Assembly (NCBI GenBank): GCA_036752825.1
Contig: DAIORV010000004.1
Span: 2,580-66,579 of the forward strand
Length of the DNA: 64,000 nucleotides
Source: Chloroflexota bacterium
GTDB lineage: Bacteria > Chloroflexota > UBA5177
Direction of reading: 5' to 3'
Made by a program: the position numbers and the translations under genes. The notes beneath the pieces are model-generated. The model saw nothing but the letters and a program-made list of their open reading frames with translations, ran no database searches and had not been told where the DNA came from. Positions 27,004-36,946 of this stretch are shown in pieces. The first letter of the stretch is position 1, and every line of letters begins with the position of its first letter.

Positions 27004-28461
27004 CTAGCCGATGCTCACCAGAGCCCAGTTGTCGTTGTCCGGCATTATTCCTAACGGCGTAACCTGCACTCCTTGCAGCCGGGGCTTCATGAGATATGCA
27101 ATCTTTCCGCTGACCAGCGGGACGACGTAGCCCCGCGAAAGAACCCACGATTCGAGTTCTCCGTAAAGCGCCATGCGCGAGACGGGGTCTTCGGTAAGCG
27201 TTTGTGCATACGCAAGCTGGCTTCGGAGCCACGGGCTTGCCGTCTGGGCGAGCGCAATCGTGAGCCACCTACCTGGGTCCGGGAGCATAAAAGTAATGTG
27301 GACAACCCGTACAGGCGACCCGGTTCGAGACGTTTCCCATTGCTTGCGCAGCGCCTGGGCCAGGTCCTTTTCGATTGGATCTCTCGGCGAATCCAGACTG
27401 AGCGAGGATCGCCGCGCACTCTGTCCGGGTGGCGGATCGACGGTCGGTGGAGAAGACACGTAATCCGGGACCGTCGGAGGAACCAGAGTAGTCAAAGCAG
27501 TAACCGCGCCTGGCAAAGAGGTTTCCAGCGCATTTCGGTCGAGGCGGGATGCCAGATCAACACCAGCGCTTCGGGGCGGAAGCGCGTAGTAAGCATCGAG
27601 CGAATCGCTGTTATGGAACTCTGCGGCGTTTTGGTAGGTGAAGTAGTTGCTGGGTGACACCCAGGCGATATCGATGGACCCCTTTCGGTAGAGGTCCATG
27701 CCGCGACTCGCATTTGAGACCGGCAGGAGCTCAACCGACTTCAACGACAGTGGACCGCCGTAGTAATGCTTCCGCGGCCGCAAAGTGTATCCTCCGTCAG
27801 GAGCCCGAACGGTAAGCGCCCACGGTCCAAGACCAAGCAGCGAGTGCGGAGGGCTTGGCCTCACGACCGCCGTGACCGGAAACGCCAACTTCTCGAGGAA
27901 AGTGGAATCGGGGCTGTCCAATCGAATGCGGATCGAGAGGCGATGAAGCACCGACACTCCCGATAGCGTGTTTGCCATGCCGTCCGATACCGCGGACGCC
28001 CCTTCGATTCCTCCGAGGTCCTGCCACACCAGCGGTGACCGGTCGGGGCTCTGCAGGGCACGAACCCACGATTGCTCCACATCTAGGGCGGTGCAACGAC
28101 TGCCGTCGGCGAAGCGCGCGTCCTGACGGATCGTGAACGTGTAGACGCGTCCATTGATCGAGATGGTGGGTATTGATACCGCCAGATCGGGAATGACATG
28201 AAGATCGGGCCCCAGCTTCAACAGTCCCGCATTGAGCATCCCGGCAGCGAACAGCGGCGTCGTGGCGGAGAATCGCGAGGGGTCGACGATGCCGGGATCG
28301 AGGGCGTGTCCACGCGTGTAAATAGGGACTCGCATCGTGTCGTCCGCGACGATAGATTGAGAGGGTCCGCACGCGGCCAGGATTGCGATAGGGATCGCAG
28401 CAGCCAAACGCACCGCGACTCCCGATCTAAAACGACGAACAAATCGCCGGCTCGCAAACAC
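27004..28461 (-). CDS. ABC transporter substrate-binding lipoprotein, family 5 (peptide/nickel type). No cognate permease in the window.
   Basis: Lipobox LAACG signal peptide. SBP_bac_5-like length and pattern. Confidence 0.7.
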   Translation of the reverse strand: MFASRRFVRRFRSGVAVRLAAAIPIAILAACGPSQSIVADDTMRVPIYTRGHALDPGIVDPSRFSATTPLFAAGMLNAGLLKLGPDLHVIPDLAVSIPTISINGRVYTFTIRQDARFADGSRCTALDVEQSWVRALQSPDRSPLVWQDLGGIEGASAVSDGMANTLSGVSVLHRLSIRIRLDSPDSTFLEKLAFPVTAVVRPSPPHSLLGLGPWALTVRAPDGGYTLRPRKHYYGGPLSLKSVELLPVSNASRGMDLYRKGSIDIAWVSPSNYFTYQNAAEFHNSDSLDAYYALPPRSAGVDLASRLDRNALETSLPGAVTALTTLVPPTVPDYVSSPPTVDPPPGQSARRSSLSLDSPRDPIEKDLAQALRKQWETSRTGSPVRVVHITFMLPDPGRWLTIALAQTASPWLRSQLAYAQTLTEDPVSRMALYGELESWVLSRGYVVPLVSGKIAYLMKPRLQGVQVTPLGIMPDNDNWALVSIG

Positions 28462-28504
28462 GCAACGATTTTACGCGCGTGACCTCACAGGAGCTTAAGT
28501 GGAA

Positions 28505-28528
28505 CAAGGCGCCGAAGAGGGCGCCTTG
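28505..28528 (-). terminator. Hairpin CAAGGCGCC-gaagag-GGCGCCTTG just 3' of tRNA-Thr
   Basis: 9-bp perfect inverted repeat between the tRNA-Thr 3' end and the SBP gene start. Confidence 0.45.
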
Positions 28529-28535
28529 CTCTGGC

Positions 28536-28611
28536 TGGAGCCGACGGCCGGACTCGAACCGGCGACCTGACGCTTACGAAGCGCCTGCTCTACCAGCTGA
28601 GCTACGTCGGC
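28536..28611 (-). tRNA. tRNA-Thr (anticodon CGU)
   Basis: Reverse complement GCCGACG...CGTCGGC-U-CCA; anticodon loop TTCGTAA. Confidence 0.9.
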
Positions 28612-28778
28612 AGATGTTTGACCGGTACGAGCAAAGTCAATTGTATTGGAGACCCTCACGCCTCGCCAATGTCCCCAGTTGCCCTCTAATCCCTCAAATC
28701 GCGGCGATGCTCCCGTCTTGGTGCTCGTCGCACCTTGTACCGCTGCAGCACCGTCAGGCACAATCAGGCCAGTAAACA

Positions 28779-28806
28779 AGCCGCCTTTTCAGGCGGTCTT
28801 TTTCTG
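28779..28806 (+). terminator. Terminator-like hairpin CCGCC-ttttca-GGCGG + TCTTTTTCTG ending about 5 nt before the fabF RBS
   Basis: Seen directly. A TTGTAC-18-CACAAT promoter-like pair lies about 40 nt upstream. Confidence 0.45.
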
Positions 28807-28816
28807 AGGTGGAGGG

Positions 28817-30058
28817 GTGGACAGACGGGTCGTCGTCACGGGCATGGGCTGCCTCTCGCCCCTCGGTCCGGATGTTCAGGGCACCTGGTGCGGGATCCGA
28901 GAGGGCAAGTCGGGCATCGGTCCCATTACAAGATTCGACGCCAGCAGGTTGCCGGTTCGATTTGCCGGCGAGTGCAAGGACTTTGATCCCACGAAGGTCA
29001 TGTCGCCAAAAGAAGCGCGACGCATGGACCGCTTTCAGCAGATGGCTTGGGCGGCGAGTGTCGAAGCTCTCGCCTCATCCGGCCTCGAGATTACGCCCCA
29101 CAACGCCGAGCGGGTGGGCGTTATCGTCGGCTCGGGAATCGGCGGGCTGGAATCGCTTACCGAGGCGTTCAAGACGCTGTTCGATCGAGGCCCGAGCCGG
29201 GTCAGTCCTTTCATCATCACGATGATGGTGGTCGACCTAGCTCCCGGGCTGATATCGATCAATTTGGGGGCCAAAGGGCCGAATTTCAGCACTGTCTCGG
29301 CATGCTCCACGAGTGCGCACGCCATCGGAGAGGCCGCCGAGATTATCAAGCGAGATCAGGCCGACGCGATGATCGCCGGAGGCTCTGAGGCAGGAATTGT
29401 CGAGATGGGAGTGGCCGGATTCAGTCAGATGCGTGCCCTCTCTACCCGGAACGATGAGCCGCATAGGGCCAGCCGCCCGTTTGATGCGCAACGTGATGGA
29501 TTCATCATGGCTGAAGGCGGCGGCGTTCTGATTCTCGAAGAGCTCGAGCACGCCAAGGCCCGGGGCGCTACGATTCTGGGAGAGGTCTCCGGGTACGGAT
29601 TGAGTGCCGACGCCTCGCACATCACAGATCCGGCGCCAGGTGGTGAAGGCGCCGCGCGCGCCATGAAGATGGCGCTTCGGGCGGCGTCGATGGATCCCAG
29701 CGAAATCCAGTACCTGAACGCGCACGGCACGTCCACACCGGTCGGCGACCGAGCCGAGACAGCCGCCATCAAGACCATATTCGGCGAGCATGCTCGCAAT
29801 CTGGCGGTCAGCTCCACCAAGTCGATGACCGGTCATCTTCTTGGGGCCGCCGGCGCGGTCGAGGCCGTCATCTGCCTCAAAGCCATCCAAGACAGTTTCG
29901 TCCCGCCAACGATCAACTACGAATTTCCCGACCCGGAGTGTGACCTTGACTACGTGCCGAACCAGGGGCGAGCGATGCACCTTGACACGGTCATGAGCAA
30001 TTCATTCGGCTTCGGCGGCCATAACGTCAGCTTGATCCTTCGTCGCTACGCTGCGTGA
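28817..30058 (+). CDS. fabF: 3-oxoacyl-ACP synthase II
   Basis: VVVTGMGCLSPLG, active-site Cys in ...SACSTSAHAIG..., HGTSTPVGD, GHLLGAAG. GTG start with RBS GAGGTGGAGGGG. Confidence 0.9.
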   Translation: MDRRVVVTGMGCLSPLGPDVQGTWCGIREGKSGIGPITRFDASRLPVRFAGECKDFDPTKVMSPKEARRMDRFQQMAWAASVEALASSGLEITPHNAERVGVIVGSGIGGLESLTEAFKTLFDRGPSRVSPFIITMMVVDLAPGLISINLGAKGPNFSTVSACSTSAHAIGEAAEIIKRDQADAMIAGGSEAGIVEMGVAGFSQMRALSTRNDEPHRASRPFDAQRDGFIMAEGGGVLILEELEHAKARGATILGEVSGYGLSADASHITDPAPGGEGAARAMKMALRAASMDPSEIQYLNAHGTSTPVGDRAETAAIKTIFGEHARNLAVSSTKSMTGHLLGAAGAVEAVICLKAIQDSFVPPTINYEFPDPECDLDYVPNQGRAMHLDTVMSNSFGFGGHNVSLILRRYAA

Positions 30059-30059
30059 G

Positions 30060-30506
30060 GTGATGGAAGGACGAGACGATGAGGGCGGGTCTCTGCTCGA
30101 TCCCGCGCTGCTGCGCCGAGTTCTGGACCAGCTTGAGTCCAGCGACATCGACGAGCTCGAGGTCGCGGACGGTACGTCCCGCCTTTTCATCCGGCGTGAA
30201 CCAGGCGCCCAGGCGGCGTCTGACGCTCGTCGCCCCGCCGAACCGACACCCGACGGGGTCCCGATCACAGCGCCTCTCACCGGAGTCTTCTTCTCGCGGC
30301 CGGCGCCGGACCAGCCCGCATACGTGCAGAATGGATCGCAAGTCCACGTGGACGACGTGGTCGCGCTCATCGAAACCATGAAGCTCTTCAATGAAGTCAA
30401 GTCGGAGGTCGCCGGTACGGTGATCCAGGTTCTGGCGAATGACGAAGACCTGGTCGAAACCGGCCAGCCACTGATGCAGGTCACTCCCTTCCCGGACGAC
30501 GAATAA
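30060..30506 (+). CDS. accB: Biotin carboxyl carrier protein of acetyl-CoA carboxylase (BCCP)
   Basis: Biotinyl domain VVALIETMKLFNEVKSEVAGTVIQVL (E-A/T-M-K-L/M lipoyl/biotinyl motif). Confidence 0.75.
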   Translation: MMEGRDDEGGSLLDPALLRRVLDQLESSDIDELEVADGTSRLFIRREPGAQAASDARRPAEPTPDGVPITAPLTGVFFSRPAPDQPAYVQNGSQVHVDDVVALIETMKLFNEVKSEVAGTVIQVLANDEDLVETGQPLMQVTPFPDDE

Positions 30507-30674
30507 GAGGAGTTTTAGCGGCGCCCGGTCTAGGCTGCGGGTCAGCCACAAAACGCAACGCAGAACGGGAGGCAAACGTAGCCCAGACTTGGTCCAGAAG
30601 GCATCGGGTAGGAGCCATGCGGCTGTACTCTGAAGGGAACACGTGCCCACTACTCCGGGCACGGGGAGAATTCT

Positions 30675-31391
30675 ATGGAGTTCGACAACAGCTTCACCGT
30701 CAATGCTCCGCTACGGCGAGTCTGGGATTTTCTACTCAACGTCCGTGAAGTCGCTCGCTGCATGCCTGGAGCGGAGCTCACCGAAGTCGTGAGCGACACG
30801 GAGTACAAAGGCACCGTCAAAATCAAACTAGGAGCGGTGCAGATGGCGTACAAAGGAACGGTGACGATCAGCAAAGTCGACGAAGAATCGCACACCGTCG
30901 TGCTCGTCGCATCCGGTAGAGAAACTCGGGGGACGGGAAACGCCTCCAGCACAACGACCTCGCATCTCGTGGAAGACGGCGCCGCTCGAACGGTAGTCGA
31001 TCTCCACTCGCAGGTCGATGTGTCCGGCAGGGTGGCGCAGTTTGGCCGGGGCATCATGCAGGATGTCGCGAGCCGGCTCATCGGCGAATTTGCTCGCAAC
31101 CTCGAAGCGAAGTTGATCCAGGGTGAGGATACTCGCTCGCCTGAAGCGGTGCTGTCACAGACTGATGCCTCCACGGCCGTCCAGACCGCAGCCGAGACCG
31201 GCGCGCCTGCTGCGAATCACGCCAGCACTTCGCATCCGGCACCAGTTGTATCTGGGCACCCGACGTCAACTTCAACGCCGGAAGCTCAGCCTATAAAGAT
31301 GCTGCCCATTCTCGCGGACGTCGCCCGCTCACAGCTGGCGCGGGGGCTGAGAGGGCTTGCGTCGATAGTTGAACCGAAGGTGAGGCCCTAG
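30675..31391 (+). CDS. coxG: CoxG-family SRPBCC protein (CO dehydrogenase subunit G) with a low-complexity C-tail
   Basis: MEFDNSFTVNAPLRRVWDFLLNV...MPGAELTEV...GTVKIKLGAV. Confidence 0.8.
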   Translation: MEFDNSFTVNAPLRRVWDFLLNVREVARCMPGAELTEVVSDTEYKGTVKIKLGAVQMAYKGTVTISKVDEESHTVVLVASGRETRGTGNASSTTTSHLVEDGAARTVVDLHSQVDVSGRVAQFGRGIMQDVASRLIGEFARNLEAKLIQGEDTRSPEAVLSQTDASTAVQTAAETGAPAANHASTSHPAPVVSGHPTSTSTPEAQPIKMLPILADVARSQLARGLRGLASIVEPKVRP

Positions 31392-31479
31392 CGACTGCAG
31401 GGCGGCTAAACTAGGCCAAGATGTCGTGACAGCGCAATAGGTCGCGCCCGTAGGAGCTCTTGAAGGCGCCGTTTGCCTG

Positions 31480-32076
31480 CTAGCGGACGGTTGACAAGAT
31501 ACGCTTGTAGTCGTCGAGCGTGTCGATATCCTGTGGAAGAGGGGTGTCCACATGTACCCGTTCTACAACGTCCGCTAGGTTCTCCAGCAGGCGCCACATG
31601 GCTTTTTCGCCGTGCAGGGCGCTCAACTCGTCAATGAGCGACGCGGAGAAGATGAGCGGGTGGCCCGGTTCCCCGCGATAGCTGAGCGTCAGCGCGGCAG
31701 GGCGAGACCGCAGCCATGACCGCACCGCGAGGCTGATGAGCTCGGTATCCAAGGCCGGCTGGTCGGCCGGTAGAACCGCAATTGCGTCAATCCGGTCAGG
31801 AAGCGCACGCAGGCCGGCGTGCAGTGACGACGAGCATGGACCCTCGTGCTCCACGTGGACGAGACGAGCCCACCTCACACGAGGAGCGGGCACAAGATCC
31901 CCCGCGGGCAGGACCACCACGACCACATCCAGCTCAGCCACGGACTCGGTTTGCGCAATGGCCTGATCGAGGACCGTCCCGTTCCCAAAAGGCAGCGTCT
32001 GCTTGAGCTGGCCCAGGCGACGTGACCGACCAGCCGCGAGGATTAGTCCGGCGACCTTGCCGTCACGCGAGGACAT
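31480..32076 (-). CDS. MobA-like nucleotidyltransferase, probably molybdenum cofactor cytidylyltransferase (MocA)
   Basis: AGLILAAGRSRRLGQLKQ...NTP_transf_3 pattern. Start chosen at M22 to avoid overlap with xdhC. Confidence 0.7.
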   Translation of the reverse strand: MSSRDGKVAGLILAAGRSRRLGQLKQTLPFGNGTVLDQAIAQTESVAELDVVVVVLPAGDLVPAPRVRWARLVHVEHEGPCSSSLHAGLRALPDRIDAIAVLPADQPALDTELISLAVRSWLRSRPAALTLSYRGEPGHPLIFSASLIDELSALHGEKAMWRLLENLADVVERVHVDTPLPQDIDTLDDYKRILSTVR

Positions 32077-33040
32077 GGTAGCGGTCCGGCTCCCTCTCGT
32101 ATGCCTCCCGGCAGCTGGCACCGCAGAAGTAGACGTCACCCGACTGGAACAAGGCGCCGGCGATCTCGACGGCCATCCCGCACACGGGATCCGTGGCGAA
32201 GGCTGGAACGCTCGGCTCGGTAGCTGGAGCCATCCGTTTGTGCCGGCGATTTCGCCGATCGACGATGTCTGCCAGCACAGACAACGCTATCTCTTCAGCA
32301 GCATCGGCCAGCGTTCGTCCGGCGGGGTTGACGATGCCAGATAAGGCATCTCCAGGCCATCCTCGCTTGCGAAGCGCTTGTACCACCGCATTACGTCGTC
32401 GGCGCGAGGCGACCAGGCCCACATAGGCAGCTTCCGTGCGCAGGACGGCTTCGAGTGCCTCGACGTCGTAGTGACCCATGGTGGCCACCACGACCCACGA
32501 GTCCGAGCCGATCCCGGCACCCGCGAGGTCCAGGTTCGCCACGATGGAATCGGCCCCGGGAAAATCATCAAGACCTGCTCCCGGGTGAACGCCGCAGCTC
32601 CGATACCCGACGATTCCGGCTAGCCGGGTGAGCGACCGTGCAGTGGGGCTGCGCCCGATGACCACAAGCTGAGGCCGGGCCACGTATGGTTCGAGAAAGA
32701 TCTCTAGCGTCCCGCCAGACGGGCAGCTCATCTGGAGGACCACCTCGCCATCTGAGAGAGCGCCCAGGTCATCCGTCTTTTCAGTATCAGGCTTGATCCG
32801 AACGACCCGGGGCGTGCCGTCTTGCAACGCGAGCTGTGCCTCGCGACGGATCGATGGTTCGGAGCACGAGCCGCCAATCCAGCCCACCATGGTCCCGTCC
32901 GCCGTAATCACCGCCTTGTCGCCGGGCTTCGCCGAGGTTGGAGCGGCGACGCGCACTACCGTCGCGATACAACACCTAACACCGGCCGCTCGCAACCGTG
33001 CGAACTCGGCGAGGACTTCATCTGAAACCACGGTGCCCAT
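32063..33040 (-). CDS. XdhC/CoxF-family molybdoenzyme maturation protein
   Basis: XdhC_CoxI N-domain (CCIATVVRVAAPTSAKPGDKAVITADGTMVGWIGGSCSE) + XdhC_C Rossmann domain. Confidence 0.85.
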   Translation of the reverse strand: MGTVVSDEVLAEFARLRAAGVRCCIATVVRVAAPTSAKPGDKAVITADGTMVGWIGGSCSEPSIRREAQLALQDGTPRVVRIKPDTEKTDDLGALSDGEVVLQMSCPSGGTLEIFLEPYVARPQLVVIGRSPTARSLTRLAGIVGYRSCGVHPGAGLDDFPGADSIVANLDLAGAGIGSDSWVVVATMGHYDVEALEAVLRTEAAYVGLVASRRRRNAVVQALRKRGWPGDALSGIVNPAGRTLADAAEEIALSVLADIVDRRNRRHKRMAPATEPSVPAFATDPVCGMAVEIAGALFQSGDVYFCGASCREAYEREPDRYHVLA

Positions 33041-33049
33041 GCTTGACCC

Positions 33050-35401
33050 CTACGCGTCCACCCCGGCGGCTCGCAGCGCAGCCCAGACCTTGTCGGAGGT
33101 GACTGGCATCTCGATATTGCGTACCCCCAGATGAGCCACAGCGTCGATCACAGCATTGACATACGCCGCGGGGGAACCCACGGTGGGGGACTCGCCCACA
33201 CCCTTGGCGCCGAGCGGATGATGCGGAGACGGGGTCACGGTCTCATAGACCTCGAAGTTCGGCGTTTCCCAGGCAGTAGGCAAGAGGTAGTCCATGAAAT
33301 TGGACCCCAAGCAGTTACCGGCCTCGTCGAACGTGATGAGCTGCGTAAACGCAATGCCGTACCCTTCGCACAGTCCACCATGGATCTGGCCTTCCACGAC
33401 CATTGGATTAATTCGCACTCCGCAGTCGTCAACGGCGACCATGCGGCGCACCTTGACCTCACCCGTCCCCCGGTCGATGTCAACCACCACCATGTAGGTC
33501 CCGAACGGGTAAGTCATGTTCGGCGGATCGTAGTAGGTCACACCCTCAAGTCCGGGTTCCATATCGTCCGGCAGGTTCGTGTAGGCGGCAAACGCACAGT
33601 CCTGAATAGTTTTGAAGTGCTCACGCGAGCCCTTGACGAAGAACTTGCCACGTTCGAACTCCAGATCTTCCGGGCGCGTCTCCAGCAGGTGAGCCGCGAG
33701 CTCCTGTGCCTTTGCGCGGAGCTTGCGGGCAACCATGGCCGTGGCCGCGCCCGCTACCGGCGTGCTGCGAGACGCATAGGTTCCGAGGCCATAGGGCGTA
33801 TTGTCTGTGTCGCCTTCTCGCACCTCCACGTCCGAGAAGGGGATACCCAGCTCCTCCTCCACGATCTGCGCGAAGGTCGTCTCGTGGCCCTGGCCCTGAG
33901 ACTTTACTCCCAGCTTGAGGATGGCTTTTCCGGTGGGATGCACTCGGAGCTCCGCCGAATCGAACATTCGGAGTCCCATAATGTCGTAGTCTTTTCCGTG
34001 GCCGGCACCGACGACCTCAGTAAAGGACGCCACACCGATGCCCATGAACTCTCCGCGTGCACGCTTTTCAGCCTGTTCGCGCCGCAGCTCCTCGTAACCC
34101 AGCTTTTCGATCGCCAGGTCCATCGCACCGTGGTAGTCCCCGCTGTCGTAGACCCAGCCGGTGCATGAAAGATACGGGAACTGGTCCTTGCGTACAAAGT
34201 TCTTCCGCCGCAGCTCAACCGGATCGATCTCTAGCTCATACGCGGCGCTCTGGACCAGTCTCTCGATGAGGTAGGACGCCTCCGTCACGCGGAAGGAACA
34301 GCGATACGCCACGCCGCCCGGCGCCTTGTTCGTGTAGGCGCCGTCCGCGATGATATGCGCAGCGGGCATGTCGTACGACCCTGTCACTATGTGGAAGAGT
34401 CCAGCCTTGAACTTGGATGGTTGTGCGTCGGCAAAGAACGCGCCGTTGTCGCTGATCAATCGGACGCGCAAGCCAAGCATGGTTCCGTCGTCCTTCAGAG
34501 CCAGCTCGCCGCTCATGTGGTAGTCACGGGCGAAACCGGTGGAAATCAGATTCTCCGACCTGTCCTCGATCCACTTGACCGGCTTTCCCAGCAGGAGAGA
34601 GGCTGCCGTCGCCACGACATAGCCGGGATAGACGGGCACTTTGTTTCCGAAGCCGCCGCCGATGTCGGGGGAGATGATCCGGATTTCCTGTTCGGGCAAC
34701 CCCGTGACGAGAGCGAAGACGGTCCGGATGGCATGGGGCGCCTGGCTGGTCATGTAGATGGTCGTGTGCTTTGTCGCCGGGTTCACATCCGCGACGCAGC
34801 CACATGTCTCCAAGGGCGCAGGATGGCAGCGAGGATAGTGGGTGGTAAGCGATACCACCTTGTCGGCCTGTGCGAAGGCCGCGTCTGTGGCCGCCTTGTC
34901 TCCCGCCTCCCAGTGGTAGATGTGATTGTCGGTCTGTCCCTCTTTGTCGTCCCGAATAACCGGAACGCCCGGATCGTTGGCCTTGTGAGGATCGACGACC
35001 GCTTGCAGCGGCTCGTACTCAACCTCGATAAGATCCACCGCATCCTGAGCGAGATAGGGATCGGAAGCGATGACCGCGGCCACTTCCTGGCCCTGGAACC
35101 GTACCTTATCTGTTGCCAGCACAGCTTGCGTGTCGCCGCTCATCGTCGGCATCCATGCCAGGTTGTGCGCCGCCATCAACTCACCCGTTACCACCGCCAC
35201 GACGCCGGGTAGGACGCTTGCCGCGTCCGCGTTGATCGACAGGATCTTCGCGTGGGCGTGTGGGCTGCGCAGGATCTTCATGTAGAGCATGCCGGGGAGA
35301 ACCACGTCGTCGATGTAGGTTCCCTTACCGCGGATGAAGCGCGGATCTTCCTTGCGCTTGACCGAAGCGCCAATGCCACCGTGCGCGATCTCAGTTGCCA
35401 T
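33050..35401 (-). CDS. coxL: Form I aerobic carbon-monoxide dehydrogenase large subunit (Mo-MCD)
   Basis: Xanthine-dehydrogenase-family large subunit carrying the form I active-site loop GGVAYRCSFR. Confidence 0.9.
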   Translation of the reverse strand: MATEIAHGGIGASVKRKEDPRFIRGKGTYIDDVVLPGMLYMKILRSPHAHAKILSINADAASVLPGVVAVVTGELMAAHNLAWMPTMSGDTQAVLATDKVRFQGQEVAAVIASDPYLAQDAVDLIEVEYEPLQAVVDPHKANDPGVPVIRDDKEGQTDNHIYHWEAGDKAATDAAFAQADKVVSLTTHYPRCHPAPLETCGCVADVNPATKHTTIYMTSQAPHAIRTVFALVTGLPEQEIRIISPDIGGGFGNKVPVYPGYVVATAASLLLGKPVKWIEDRSENLISTGFARDYHMSGELALKDDGTMLGLRVRLISDNGAFFADAQPSKFKAGLFHIVTGSYDMPAAHIIADGAYTNKAPGGVAYRCSFRVTEASYLIERLVQSAAYELEIDPVELRRKNFVRKDQFPYLSCTGWVYDSGDYHGAMDLAIEKLGYEELRREQAEKRARGEFMGIGVASFTEVVGAGHGKDYDIMGLRMFDSAELRVHPTGKAILKLGVKSQGQGHETTFAQIVEEELGIPFSDVEVREGDTDNTPYGLGTYASRSTPVAGAATAMVARKLRAKAQELAAHLLETRPEDLEFERGKFFVKGSREHFKTIQDCAFAAYTNLPDDMEPGLEGVTYYDPPNMTYPFGTYMVVVDIDRGTGEVKVRRMVAVDDCGVRINPMVVEGQIHGGLCEGYGIAFTQLITFDEAGNCLGSNFMDYLLPTAWETPNFEVYETVTPSPHHPLGAKGVGESPTVGSPAAYVNAVIDAVAHLGVRNIEMPVTSDKVWAALRAAGVDA

Positions 35402-35404
35402 GGT

Positions 35405-35914
35405 TTATCTCCCTTCGCCGGCGCCTACTGGAACCGCGTTTTCCTCACGGATGTTCTCGGCGGCTCGGCGGACGGACTTGACGATATTCATGTACCCGGT
35501 GCAGCGGCACAGATTGCCGGAAAGGGCCCAGCGAATCTCCTCTTCGCTCGGATTGGGATTGGACTCGAGCAGCGCGACGGAGGCCATCATCATACCGGGC
35601 GTGCAAAAGCCGCACTGAAGACCGTGTTCTTCCATAAAGGCTGCTTGGATCGGATGGAGCGTGCCGTTCTGCTCCAGGCCCTCCACGGTCCGAATCTCGC
35701 GCCCATCCGCCTGGACCGCGAGGGCAGTGCAGGACTTGATGGGCACGCCGTCGAGCAGCACGGTGCAGACACCGCAGCTTGTGGTGTCACAACCCACGTG
35801 CACGCCTGTGAGCCGCAGCTGCTCGCGCAAAAAGAAGGCCAGAAGTTGGCGAGGCTCGACATCCGCAGCGTGGGTAGTCCCATTGACGGTGACCTCAATA
35901 TGTTGCGTCGTCAT
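35405..35914 (-). CDS. coxS: CO dehydrogenase small subunit (2x[2Fe-2S])
   Basis: GCDTTSCGVCTV and CGFCTPGM...CRCTGY cluster motifs. Confidence 0.9.
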   Translation of the reverse strand: MTTQHIEVTVNGTTHAADVEPRQLLAFFLREQLRLTGVHVGCDTTSCGVCTVLLDGVPIKSCTALAVQADGREIRTVEGLEQNGTLHPIQAAFMEEHGLQCGFCTPGMMMASVALLESNPNPSEEEIRWALSGNLCRCTGYMNIVKSVRRAAENIREENAVPVGAGEGR

Positions 35915-36774
35915 CGGTTCATTCCTCCCGCCTGCTTCAGCGCGCGCTGCACGTACACGCGCACAACGTCGCGCTTATACTCCGCCGAACCCCGCAGGTC
36001 GGATGTTGGATCCGCGGCATCCGCGGCTCGCCTCGATGCTTCCTCAATGGCCTCGTTGTCGAGCCGGCGTCCGCTCAGCGCAACTTCGGCTTCTCTCGCC
36101 TCCAGATTGGTTGCGCCGACCGCCGTGAGACCAATGCCGGCCGTTCGGCACGTCCCGTCATCCATATCGAGACAGACCGCCACTCCCACGGTGGCGAAGT
36201 CACCGATCTTGCGTTCGAGCTTCGAATACGAGCCGAACGCTCGACCCCGGGCGAGGGGAACCCGAATCTCTACCAGTAGCTCGTCCGGAGCAAGTGCCGT
36301 GGTGAAGGGACCCTCGAAAAATTCGCGCGCGCGAAGCACACGCTCCCCGCGATTGCTCAATGCCACAAAATCCGAGTTGGCTGCGATCATCACCGAGCCC
36401 AGGTCGCCCGCAGGATCAGCATGTGCCAGCGAGCCGCCGATTGTCCCCCAGTTGCGAACAATCGGATCGGCGATCTGGGGTGCTGCCGCCGCCAGGGCAG
36501 GCGCATGCTCTCGGGCCACGGGTGATGCAGCGAGGAAGGCGTGCCGCGTACCAGCCCCGATTCGAAGCTGCTCACCCTCCACGCGCACATATTCGAAACC
36601 CTCCAGCCGCCCGATATCGATCAACACCTCCGGCAGGGCAAAGCGCAGTTTCAGGAGGGGAATAAGACTCTGGCCGCCCGCCAGCAGTTTCCCCTCATCG
36701 CCACGTTGCGCCAGGATCTGCACGGTCTCCGTTAGATCTGAGGGGCGGACATAATCGAATGCTGCAGGGAGCAT
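35911..36774 (-). CDS. coxM: CO dehydrogenase medium (FAD-binding) subunit
   Basis: FAD_binding_5: LLAGGQSLIPLLKLRFALPEVLIDI; CO_deh_flav_C. Confidence 0.9.
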   Translation of the reverse strand: MLPAAFDYVRPSDLTETVQILAQRGDEGKLLAGGQSLIPLLKLRFALPEVLIDIGRLEGFEYVRVEGEQLRIGAGTRHAFLAASPVAREHAPALAAAAPQIADPIVRNWGTIGGSLAHADPAGDLGSVMIAANSDFVALSNRGERVLRAREFFEGPFTTALAPDELLVEIRVPLARGRAFGSYSKLERKIGDFATVGVAVCLDMDDGTCRTAGIGLTAVGATNLEAREAEVALSGRRLDNEAIEEASRRAADAADPTSDLRGSAEYKRDVVRVYVQRALKQAGGMNR

Positions 36775-36946
36775 GTGGCCATCCTCCTTTTTCCGCCGAG
36801 CGTATACAGTTGTGCCCCAACGTAAGCCTTGGGGGCCTCCGCGTCAAAGCACGAGGGCTTTGTCGAGCGCATAACGCTATGCTGAATCACCAAAACCGCT
36901 CGGCGCGGACTTTTCAGGGCGGCGAGGTAGGTGAAAGGGCGGGACG

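Noticed and set aside
28661-28775. ORF 28479-28775 + (98 aa) as a small gene upstream of fabF
   Set aside because: It overlaps tRNA-Thr on the opposite strand and has no RBS. The region is more likely a non-coding leader or sRNA.
30507-30674. Possible riboswitch in the 168-nt leader of coxG (hairpin GTGCCC-actactcc-GGGCAC)
   Set aside because: There is only one short stem. I see no resemblance to any riboswitch class I can recall and no terminator or RBS-sequestering alternative. Left as unremarkable.
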